Shown here piece by piece: positions 1-10,257 of a stretch of DNA of 64,000 bases. This DNA is from Prorocentrum cordatum (taxonomy: Eukaryota). A model generated the notes under the pieces. The model saw nothing but the letters and a program-made list of their open reading frames with translations, was not told the origin of the DNA and did not search any database. Location: positions 62,001-126,000 of the forward strand of contig CAUYUJ010000002.1 in assembly GCA_963575745.1 (NCBI GenBank), given 5' to 3'. The first letter of the stretch is position 1, and each line of letters begins with the position of its first letter. The translations under genes were made by a program, and so were the position numbers.

Positions 1-802
1 CTGGTGATGCTGCTGCGGGTGGTGCTGCTGGTTGCACTGGTGGCGATGCTGCAGCTGGTGCTGCTGCGCGTGGAGCTGCTGGATGCACTGGTGGTGCTGA
101 TGCAGCTGGTGCTGCTGCGCGCGGAGCGCTGGTAGCTGCTGCGCGTGGGGCGCTGCAGCTGGTCGCGCACTGTCGCGACCCGAGCAACGCTCGGGCCTAA
201 ACGGCGGTGGCAACGGAGGATGATGAGGTCGGGAAGGGATATTCACATCATAGCGTAGCATTGCATGGCATACCATAACCAACATCATGGTTCGCGGTAC
301 TGAGTTCATTGTGAGGTCGTGTGATGCTGAGTTAATTGTGAGGCTGTCTCGAGCGAACGCAGACGACGATGCTAACGCATCTCATTTTCAAGTTCACATC
401 CCCAAGTAAACTCTGACACAACGCATGCATTGCTGCATGCACCCATGAGTGCACAGCGCGAAACGATTCGCGACGCAGCCACGCCCCCTCACCCGAATCG
501 CCCCCTCACCTGAATCGCACCCCCCCCCCCCTCCCCCCATTTGCGCGCGCTGCTGTTTCTGGACCGAGGCCCCCTGGAGGACCCCTTTCTCCTCCCAGGG
601 GGGCGTGGCCGCGCGCGGTGGCGCGCGCGGCCATGGCGTGCAGCGCCGAGGCGCTGAGCCGCGAGGCGCGCCTACACGAGGACTGCTGGGGTGAGAGCCA
701 CAGGAGAAGGATGAAGGGGGATGAGGAGGACGAGGAGGAATACGAGGATGATGAGGAGGAAGAGGAGGAGGAGAAGGAATAGGAGGAGGAGGAGGATGAG
801 GA

Positions 803-833
<31 letters not shown>

Positions 834-843
834 GAGGAGGGAG

Positions 844-1884
844 GTCGGCGGATTTTCGCCCTCCATACAGGAGCTCCAGCGGGAGCGGCGGATCACAGAC
901 AGGCTCCTCGACATCACAGACATCCTGCTTGGCTACGACAACAATGGCTACGACAACAGTGGCTACGACAACGGCTACGACAAGGGCTACGACAGAGGCC
1001 ACGACAAGGGCTACGACAAAGGCTACGACAAGGGCTACGACACGGGCTACGACAGTGATGGCAAGGGCTACGACGACGGTGGCAAGGGTTACGACGATGG
1101 CAAGGGCAAGGGCTACGACGGTGGCAAGGGCAAGGGCTACGACAGTGGCAAGGGCCGCGAGAATGACGGCAGCGGCAAGGGCCGCGACAAAGACGGCGAC
1201 AGCGGCAAGGGCCACATCAGGCTGGCGAAGGAGCAGCGTGACGGGCTGCAGGACATGATGTCGGACAGCGGCAAAGGCTACGACGGCGGCAAGGGCAGCG
1301 ACGGCGGCAAAGGCTACGACGGCAGCAAGGGCTTCGACAAAGGCTACGACGGCGGCAAGGGCAGCGACAAAGGCTACGACCCGTACGGCAGCTCGAGCAA
1401 GGGCTACGACGCGGTCTACGACACGGGCTACGTCAATGGCTACGACAAGGGCTACGACAAGGGCTACGAAAAGGGCTACGACGATGGCAAGGGTGCTGAT
1501 GGCATCGGTCGCGGCTGTACAAGCTACGACGGTGGCACGGGCATCGACGACGAGGCCATGGGCTACTACGACGGTGGCAAGGGCTACGATGGTAGCAAGG
1601 GCAGCACCGACGGTGACAAGGTCTACGACGGTGGCCAGGGCTACGACGATGGCGAGGGCTACAACGGTGGCAAGAGCATTAACGACGGTGGTAAGGGCAA
1701 GGCGACGGCCCTCGACAGCGGCGGGGGCTACGATGACGGCAAGGGCCCCGACGAGGGCAAGGGCATGAGCATGGGCAGGGACGCCGATGTGCCGAACAGC
1801 GGCATGCGCGACGATGGCCCTCCGCATCTTGAGCTGAGTTCTGTTACTGAGTCCCCGCCGCCAGCGGGGCCAGATTCGGACTGA
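844..1884 (+). CDS. Gly/Tyr/Asp/Lys-rich repeat protein (GYDxGKG repeats), probable terminal exon
   Basis: Open frame after a GAG|G acceptor that follows the GGA tract. Dozens of GYD(K/D/G)G(K) units with synonymous variation. Stop at 1882-1884. Confidence 0.55.
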   Translation, partial: VGGFSPSIQELQRERRITDRLLDITDILLGYDNNGYDNSGYDNGYDKGYDRGHDKGYDKGYDKGYDTGYDSDGKGYDDGGKGYDDGKGKGYDGGKGKGYDSGKGRENDGSGKGRDKDGDSGKGHIRLAKEQRDGLQDMMSDSGKGYDGGKGSDGGKGYDGSKGFDKGYDGGKGSDKGYDPYGSSSKGYDAVYDTGYVNGYDKGYDKGYEKGYDDGKGADGIGRGCTSYDGGTGIDDEAMGYYDGGKGYDGSKGSTDGDKVYDGGQGYDDGEGYNGGKSINDGGKGKATALDSGGGYDDGKGPDEGKGMSMGRDADVPNSGMRDDGPPHLELSSVTESPPPAGPDSD

Positions 1885-1958
1885 GCACGCGAGGCAACAA
1901 TAGAATAGAGATTGGAGGGAGAGGGAAGGGGAGGTGGGAAGGCGAAGAGGGAGTGGAG

Positions 1959-2593
1959 CTACTGGAAGCTAAGCGTCGTCTGGCGCATCTCCCGTCGGCG
2001 AGTGAAAACAGAGGGCGGCCCATCACCTGGTGGCGAACCATCGCCTGGCGAACCATCACCTGGCGGCGAACCATCGCCTGGCGAACCATCGCCTGGTGGC
2101 GAGCCATCGCCTGGTGGCGAGCCATCGCCTGGTGGCGGGCCATCGCCTGGTGGCGAGCCATCGCCTGCTGCGACTGGCGGGTCATCGTACTCCTCGGACC
2201 CATCAGCTTCAGCCTCATCACGTGCCTCGTTATCTAAGCGATCACGAAGGGATTGGGCTGCGTTGTTGATGTACGTGGGAGTCCAATCGTCCACTCGCTC
2301 CTGCAGACGCTTGCCGTCGACCACCATGAACACCGTCCTGCGACGTTTGTCGCATTTCACACCTTCCACCCCTGCTGGTGCTGACCGCAAGCGACGTGTT
2401 GCCTCCTGACTGCATGAAACCGCTGCTGCGATAGATGCAACCCGTATGTACTCAAGCCCCGTTGGCGTACATTCGACCCACACCTTCTTAGTAGCATTCA
2501 GCTCAAACAGAAGCTTCAAGGTAACTGCATCGTGATGCAAATGCTCATCACCATGGTCGCACTGGACTGCGGGCATATATATCGAGACAGTTT
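1959..2593 (-). CDS. Hypothetical protein, 3' part; GVxxDxxRxxxF segment reminiscent of AP2-like beta-sheet DNA-binding domains, followed by GDGSPP repeats
   Basis: Complex-composition ORF (...VWVECTPTGLEYIRV...GVEGVKCDKRRRTVFMV). 15/18-nt tandem repeats at about 2020-2170. The domain call is by eye only. Confidence 0.45.
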
Positions 2594-3002
2594 CTGGTAG
2601 ACCACCATCCCGTTAGGGCACATGTCTAGAATGCGTTCTCTTCTACGCCCTTCATCCCCTTGGGGGAGTGGTTTGCCTGGACGGTGGTTCCAAGAGGGGC
2701 TCATATATACTTCAAGATGTCCACGGATATGTCCCAATATCACGCGATGCTTCAACATGCAGGCATGGATATCACGCGACCCAAGATTGCCCAAGTTTGT
2801 CCAAGATATCACGCGATCCAAGATTGCCCAAGAAGTCTCAAGGTCAAGAGATCGATCCAAGAGTGGCCCAAGAGCGGCCTATTCACGCAAGCGAATGAAG
2901 GCATCTCCTATTCCTCCTCCTCATCCTTTTTTTGTCATCCTTATGCTCCTTCCTCCTCCCCCTTTCCCTCCTCCCATTTCTCCTCCACCATCCCCCTCTG
3001 GT

Positions 3003-3455
3003 TCAGCCCCTCCTCCTCGCCCCCCTCCCCCGCCACTCCACCTCATCATCCAATGTATCATCCTCCTCCTCTCCTTCCTCCTCCCCTGGTGGGAATACGC
3101 GAAGCGTCCACGATTGCGACATATCCAGGGAACTCCTATTGTTCTTAATGACGCTGGCCCTGTCGCAATCTTGCTGGAGCAATGGGTCGGCCTGCTTCAA
3201 GTGGTCCCAAATGGCCTCGGTGCAAGCGGCGTTGCGCATCTTCAAGATCTGATCGAAAAACGAATTTGTCGCCAGAGGCGATTGGCTCTTGGCGGGGTTG
3301 GGCACATATATAAATTGTTGCAGCTGCCTATCCGCTCTCGGCAGCTCCACGAAGAGCCCCCCTGCCGCATGCATCACCGCCCTCGGGACCCATGGCTCGC
3401 GATCCTTAAGGCCGCCCCCCTCGATGACCGTGCGGAGCTGCACGCTCACTGCCAT
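3003..3455 (-). CDS. Hypothetical protein, probable 5' part of the 1959-2593 gene
   Basis: From ATG 3455: MAVSVQLRTVIEGGGLKDREPWVP...LFVELPRADRQL...FFDQILKMRNAAC, with globular-like composition. It runs into a GGA tract. The exact splice to the downstream part was not resolved. Confidence 0.5.
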   Translation of the reverse strand: MAVSVQLRTVIEGGGLKDREPWVPRAVMHAAGGLFVELPRADRQLQQFIYVPNPAKSQSPLATNSFFDQILKMRNAACTEAIWDHLKQADPLLQQDCDRASVIKNNRSSLDMSQSWTLRVFPPGEEEGEEEDDTLDDEVEWRGRGARRRG

Positions 3456-3673
3456 CTGCAGCTGCAGTGCGTGCGCAGATGCAGCGTGCACTCGCTTGGA
3501 CACAGCCAAACGCCTGCGGGCCGATGCAATGGACAATTGCAGACGAGTCCGATGCGTGTTGACGCAATGATGCAACGATTGCAGAGGAACGATACCGACG
3601 ATGCTTTCATACATTTCATAAACACCCCCCACGACACATGGTATGTGTAACCGATGCTGCCAACACGCGAGCC

Positions 3674-6091
3674 TCATCGCTTCCTGGCCTTCTTAGCCGC
3701 GGGCGCAGCAGGCACATCGTCTACCTTGCGCTTGGGCATGAGCGATGCCAGCTGGGCGCTAACGACATCGCCCTTGTTGATGGCGCACTTGTTTGTCAAA
3801 ATTGGTACATACACTGATGGGACAGCTGTAGACTTGACGGTCTTGAGCTTCATGTTGGGGGCGCCGTGCTCACCTGAATCCTGTACGAGCCAGAAGGGGA
3901 TGACGAGCGAAGACGGTGCCTGCTTCAGCCCTCCAACGCCAGTGTTCGTCTCAGCCTTAGGCATCTTGATGCCACCGCTGGGGGCCAACACGATATTGAA
4001 CGTCAACCCCTTGGGGTCCTTGTATGTCTTCATGAACACATGCCCACACTGAACTATATCAGTCTGCTTCTTCAAGTAGATTGCCGAAGAGAGTGGGACA
4101 AGCACCAGCTCTTCAGTCTCAAACGAACGCGTTACGGTGAGAGCACGAAGCTTAACAGGCGTAATCACGCCACTCAAGTACTTGAGACAGTTGCCGTTCT
4201 GGCTGTCTACATCATCCAAGGCCAGCCTGATTTTGGCCTCCTCGATACCCCACTGGTAATCGACAGACTTGAGGGGGCCATGATCAGCGAACTTGTCGAT
4301 CGTTTCCTCTATGGGGGAGCAGCGGAAAAAAAAAAAGATGAGACATGACGACGCAGAGCCAAATGAGATGAGGGAACGACGAACGAGAATTCAAAGGTGT
4401 GGGGGTGTATATGCATTCCACATGCATTGCGACGAGGTCGCAAGACTGTCCTTCATAATCGTGGACACGACGAACTTGCCACGTAAGAAGTCGTCGATGG
4501 GGTGGCATGTCGCACTGCCCGTGGCCTGAAGCTTCAACTTCACGCCAGTCGCAGCGTCGATGGAGATCAGCTCGTAAATGTTCTCACCCAAGGTGTCGCT
4601 CGCCAAGGCGACTTTGGCGCCAACCTCAAACCCCTTGTCACTGAGCTTGTCCACTTGGTTCGACCACTTGCCCGAAGCGGTGTACTCTTTCACATCTGAG
4701 CTACGCGCCTGCCCTGTCACGGCTTTGGATGCGCCCTCGCGACCGATCTGCTTCCATGGGCTAGCAACTGCTTTGCCAACGTGCGTTGCCAACGCAGTGG
4801 TGAAGCTGACCCCGGTGTCATTCAGCGTCTTGCAAGTGCCTAAGCGCTCATCGGGCTTGTTGAACACGAAATGAACTACGCGAACGTCAGTCAATCCCAC
4901 GATGGTGCCGTAGGCGACCGTGTCTGCCGTGATGCCCTCACCGCATGCGATCTGTCGCACTTTCTGAAGAAATTCATCGGCCACCATTACAATCGTAGAC
5001 TTCTTATCGCTCGACAAGGCGGTCACGTCGCCTGGCTTCAAAAGCATCTGATGGCCATCCCTCGCGAACTTACCCGTCGCACATGTCATCGCCTTCATGC
5101 ATGCGAGCTTGAATGTCGCAGCGGCCCCCTCATGCTTGATCTGCACCTCGGCGAGAGACTTCGCCATTGAACCCGTGACCACGCACTGGGAGGTCAGCTG
5201 CCGCGAGAAGTCGCGAAGCTCGTTCAGAAAGATCGGGTTGCCGAGGCCGCCAGACAACTCCTTCACATATTTTACTAAGCCATCGATCTCCCCAGGAAAG
5301 AGAGAGCCTGCGCGAGTCGCCTCGCGGATCACACTATCCCAATCGATCATGGTGCCACCCGTGTGGTGTCGGTTGGCAATTGCTGCGATCTTGTACATGA
5401 GACTCATGCGAGATTCGCATCTGGCAATTTGTTGGCCTGCATTGCCAGCCTCCTGAGCAAGATTACTAATCCACGGGAACTCCTTCACGAACTCGCACCG
5501 AAAGACCTTCCACTCAATTCCTTCGTCACACGCCTTAGCGTAGTCTGGTTGAACCTCCCGTAACCTCGTCAGTGACAATTTCCCTTGGTGCGAGATTCTG
5601 TCGAAACGCTCTGGCATGACCGTGGGTACTGGAACCCCTGCGTTGATGCAACGCAAACCCATGGATGTGTGGCCGCACGTATAGGATGCGAACTTTGCAT
5701 CGCAATCATACTGCGGCAGCTGGCCCGCTGAGTCCTCCATTATTTTGAAATTGAAGTTCTTGATTGCATTGTACTCAGGCGTGCCCACTGGTGGAAGTTC
5801 CATGCAAGCTGGATTCTGGAGGGCTGAGTTCTTGAATCCATTTTTGAAGATCTTGGAAATCAAATCCATAACCTCGCTCGGAATGATTCCATCTCCGTAA
5901 CGATTCTCTGTGCACACCATCATATACTTCGAGTGTATGTTTTCTACCCTCAGGCAGTCTATGCCTCTTGCAATGCTGCATGCGTCTTCAAGTAATGAGA
6001 CCACCGCTGCATCAGGATGCAAGTACATGTCCTTGATGGCCATCATCTTGGGGCGGACCTCCGCGATCTGCTGTTCACGGGAGGCGTTCAT
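3674..6091 (-). CDS. About 757-aa two-exon protein with ParB/Srx-like N-terminus and SET-like C-terminus (intron 4307-4450)
   Basis: ORFs 4391-6157 and 3674-4219 share one frame. A 144-nt intron (AAG|GA donor, T-rich tract, AG|G acceptor) removes the stop and gives ...STIMK|ETIDKFADHG...LDDVDSQN. Motifs seen: NR...I...GF...P...CGHT (ParB-like) and PFW...PNM...PILTN..I.KGD (SET-like). Domain labels are inference. Confidence 0.7.
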
Positions 6092-6400
6092 CACGCCGCG
6101 TGCAGGAGGACGCCACAAGCGCCAGCAGCAATCCTCGCCCAAACGGCTGGAGCCCAAACTCTAGTGACATTCAAAAACATGTGCAACAGAGGGTTGCGAA
6201 TTCGAAATGATATGTTGCATTTGCAATGCACAACATTCTTGTAACGCTCGATACAATATTCTGAATGCGTTCGCACGCAAGTCTGGATCATGATTTCCGA
6301 TATGCGTGATCCCGAAAATCCAAACACATGCATGCGTTTCTGGAGGCAACATCCAAGGAAAACCCGATGCAGCAGCTCTGTTTTCAAGTAAGCATGTAAA

Positions 6401-6572
6401 AGTTAGCGAAGTTAGCAACTTCGCTAACTCAAGCTATCTACCTCCAAATGCACCGCCCGAGTTAGCCGACTTAGTAACATTACTAATGGTTATAACTTAC
6501 TTGCAACCTAGTTGCAACTTACTTATAACCTACTTACATGTGCTGCTAACAATTAGTAAGGCCGAGGGCCTT
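6401..6572. other. AT-rich hairpin cluster, probable terminus of the left-hand mobile block
   Basis: Perfect 13-bp stem AGTTAGCGAAGTT-AGC-AACTTCGCTAACT (6401-6429), TTGCAAC-CTA-GTTGCAA (6501-6517) and AAGGCC-GAG-GGCCTT (6558-6572). It lies next to the point where the RT frame stops. Confidence 0.6.
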
Positions 6573-6590
6573 CAGGTGCTCGCCGAGGGA

Positions 6591-9393
6591 CTACAACGCC
6601 AATGAGTTGTCAACGTAGGCGGCGCCTTGGGGCGCCCGCGGCTCCAGGTGTGCAGCTGCCGTTCGGTCTATGACGACGCGCCCGCCAGGAAGGCCCCCGC
6701 GCCGAGTGCCCCCCTCGACCACGAGCTGGCAGAGGTGCAGGGCCCAGCCCCAGCCCATCGGGAGGGCGGCGAAGTGCGGCGCGAGCCAATCGCCTCGCCG
6801 AGAAGGGCGGCCATCGACCAGGGGGCAGCCGACAACCTCAGCTCGAACTGGTGCCAGCCTGAAGGCGTCGCCCACCTCCTCAGGGATGGCGATGGCGTAG
6901 ACAGCGTTCTGGATGTCGCCGGGGTACAAGTTGCCGGTGTCGCACCCGGCCGTCTCAAACCTGCTGAGAGCGGCTGCTGTAGCCGGCAGCAAGAAATCCA
7001 GGTTCGCCCACCGCGCGTCGAAGATGATCCGCTGGGAGCCGTTCTTCTTGGCCACCATGAAGCACCGAGCGACGCTTGCCGACCAGAAGACGCGGCAAAG
7101 CGCACCATGCCGCGCGAGTACAACTGCTCAATGGAGCCAAAGTAGCGCGAGGAGGCGCGGAAGTCGGGGCGCGCCAATCCCAACTCTTGTCGAAGGCGGC
7201 CAGCATCGTCGGCGCTACGACGCCAGTTCGCCAATCTATCCCCAAACCACGAATGGCGCTCCAGGGCGAGCGCGGCGGTCAGCGAGACTGGCGCAGCACC
7301 CGTCACGGGCCAGGAGACAAGGTCCTCCTTGCAGGGGGCGACCTGGGAGGACCGCGCGTGAAGGCGTTCCCGCAGAGCTCCCGCAGGCCCCCGCGGGTGC
7401 TGACATCTCGAGGCGGGGGGCCCAGCGCAACGCATTTGTCCGCGACGTGCTCTGCGGCGAGCGCCGGGGCGACCGTGTCCAGCCGAGCTGGCCCGTGGTG
7501 CGAGCGGCCAGCCAGCTGACCCGCTGACGACTAGCCGACATCGGCCAGGAGCGAAAGGCCCGTCGTGCAAGCTCCTGCGCACGGCCAGGGCGCAGGCAGC
7601 AGCCTTGTCCAAGAGAGGTGGCGGGGTGATCAACCCTGCCCGCCGCCCCGCTCGCCTCGGCGGGTTGGCGGCGGCGGCTTGGCGGGCGCCCGCTCCCCCC
7701 ATAGCTTTGCGGCGCTCTTTGAGCACGGCGTTCTCTGCGGCCACCTGCTCGGCGACCCACTTCGAGAGGGCGTGGCGCTCCATGAGGCCTCGAGTGTTCT
7801 GCAAGCCCGTGAAGTACCAGCTCTCGTCGTGCTCCTTGTGACCAGACCCGCGGTGCCCAACAGACGGTCTTTGAGCTTCTCCTCACAGAGCTGCATCTGT
7901 CGGCATATGAGTTCCATCGAAGCAAGGTTACTAGCATCGGTCTGGTCGTAACACATCGGTGTCTGGAAGATCTTCGACAGCTCGGAGTGGAGCAGCATCG
8001 CCGGGTCGTCGAGGCCAATGCGGCACGCGGAGCGAAACGAGATGTGATGCCCAACTGCTGACCCGCCGTTCTCCAACATGAAGTTCGCGCACCAGGGACC
8101 GTACATGGCCCAGGAACCACCCAGTCAGGCCGGGCTTGCTGGCGCATCCCTTTGACCGCGTCGCGGAACTCCTTGTGGCGCTTCCCCTCCGCGCCGTAGC
8201 AGACGGGCAGCGTGCGGATATCGTCACCAGCGCCCACTCGCGCGGGCCGTGGGCTGGCGGCCAGAGCAGCATGAAGACCTCCATGCCCAGCGACGGCGCC
8301 GGCGACGGCAGCAGCCCCAGCAGCGACGGACCCCACTGCAGGCAGGGCCCCAACGGCGGCGGCGGGGGCCGCCGCGGGGGGGCCCGCGACAGGCGCGAGG
8401 CCAGCGGGCCCTCCAAGCCCAGCCAGGGCTGCGGCGAGCCCCACCGCGCCTCCTGCGGCGGCGGGAGCACGCGGCGCCGGGGCAAGGGCCGCCGCGGGGC
8501 CGGGGCCAGCAGCGGCAACCGCAGGCACGACAACCCTGCAGCGACGAGCGCGGCGTCGTGCTCAGCCACCACCCAGACGGCAGCGGGGCGCAGCGCGGCG
8601 AAGTCGGCCAGCGTGAGCGGGGCCGCGAAATCGTACACAGGGATGCCTCCAGCTGCCGGTGGAAAGCCCTCTCCGTTGACACGGCGGTACCAGGCTCGAA
8701 TGTCAGTGCTCCCTGGACCAAGCTCCTCGATGTAGAGGTCGTCGTCTGGAGCGATGACCACACAATCGGTAAGGCGGACCGCCGACACAGCCACTTCAGC
8801 ACGGCCATGCAGGAACGGTGGCTGCACCGCATGCTCAATGAACAGCTCATCGCCCTCAATCATCGATAGACGCCACCGCCGCGGGGCTGGTGCTGCAGCG
8901 GCGGCCGCCTCCCGCCAGTCGGTGAACTCGGCACTGGCCGCGTGCCCTCGGACGCGGGCGCGGGCGCGCTAGGCCGCTGGGCCTTGAGCCGACCGCAGCG
9001 CCCGCAAGCGGACGCCAGCCAGCGGAGCCCCTCCACGAGCAACGGGCCCGCGAGCGAGAGGAGCACGTGCTGGGGCGCCGACTGCTCGGGCAGCGAGGAG
9101 GCGGCCGAGCACTGCTGGAGCAGGGCGACGTACTCCTCCAGCGAGGGCGCGCGCTACTCCACGACTGGCTCCGCGCACGGCGGAGCGGGCGGGAGCCAGG
9201 CAGCGCAGGCCTCCGCAGAGGGCGCCTCCGGCTCCAGGTTGGCCTCCGTGGCCGGCGGAGGCGGGGGAGGCGGCCCAGGACCGCCGGCGAGGCGCTGATG
9301 AGCGGTCGGGCCAAACACAATCCAGGCCAGGAGGAAGCCTAACTTGGCGAGGTTGGCTCCCTCAGGCCGCATCTCGAGAGAAAAGGCTTCGGA
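6591..9393 (-). mobile_element. Decayed, 3'-truncated DIRS/tyrosine-recombinase-like retrotransposon (gag-like region plus RT)
   Basis: RT motifs over frameshifted frames: VAKKNGSQRIIFDARWAN, GDIQNAVY, LPMGWGWALHLCQ, AAYVDN. Upstream gag-like frames (PDDDLYIEE...; YDQTDASNLASMELICRQMQ). No RNase H or recombinase is seen because the element stops just after YVDN, so the DIRS class rests on RT motif style. Confidence 0.7.
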
Positions 9394-9500
9394 GCAGATA
9401 CATGCATATTGCCAACTGTTGTAGAACACAACACTGAAAATCAGGCGAATGCATCTGGCGGCTCTCATTTTGCTTCAGGATTGAAATTCGGAGAACGCCC

Positions 9501-9525
9501 ATCATCATCATCATCATCATCATCG

Positions 9526-9597
<72 letters not shown>

Positions 9598-9676
9598 GCA
9601 TCAGCATCAGCAGCAGCATCATCATCATCAGCATCAGCATCAGCATCATCATCATCATCATCAGCATCAGCATCAG

Positions 9677-9734
<58 letters not shown>

Positions 9735-9770
9735 GCAATCACCATCACTATCACCATCATCGTGATCATC
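9501..9770. repeat. (CAT/CAG)n trinucleotide microsatellite
   Basis: About 90 CAT units with CAG interruptions. Confidence 0.97.
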
Positions 9771-10088
9771 CGCGTCCACATCCTCGTCCCGACCACGAGC
9801 ACCACTCCATCAACGTCATTACCGCATCATGACCATCGCCACATCATCCAGCTCATGATCCCGCTCCCGCTGTTACTCCTGCCGGAGGTCATGCTATCGC
9901 TCCTGCCTCTGCTGCTGCTGGTGCTACTGCTTGCTGGAGAGTGCACTCTCAGGAGATCAGACAGGCAAGGACCACCAAAGATGGCAACGCAAATGCTGAC
10001 CCCCGACCGATCGCTCTGCCCCCACCCCTGTCTTCACCATGGCCTCCGAAGTGGAAGGCCCACACAAGGCCCAATTGTACTCCAGATG

Positions 10089-10257
10089 TCGTGATAAAAG
10101 GGAGGGGGTCTCATTTCGGGGGGGGGGTCTCTTCCAGGCTGTCTCTTGGAGGGCCTGAGGGGGTCTGGGGACGATGCTTTGGAGGGAATTCTCCCACGAG
10201 GGGGGGGTCTGAAACGGCTTGTCTTGGAGGGTCCAGACCCCCTCCCTTTTATCACGA
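10089..10257. mobile_element. MITE-like element with perfect 23-bp terminal inverted repeats
   Basis: TCGTGATAAAAGGGAGGGGGTCT at 10089-10111 and its exact reverse complement at 10235-10257. Confidence 0.8.

Noticed and set aside
394..1827. 477-aa Ala/Val-rich minus-strand ORF
   Set aside because: It is the antisense shadow of the GYD-repeat frame.
9362..9805. Poly-Met, poly-Asp and poly-Ser ORFs
   Set aside because: They are translations of the (CAT)n microsatellite.
10060..10095. DIWS motif as kinase subdomain IX exon
   Set aside because: It overlaps a MITE terminal repeat, has no suitable AG|G acceptor, and the following residues are not kinase-like.
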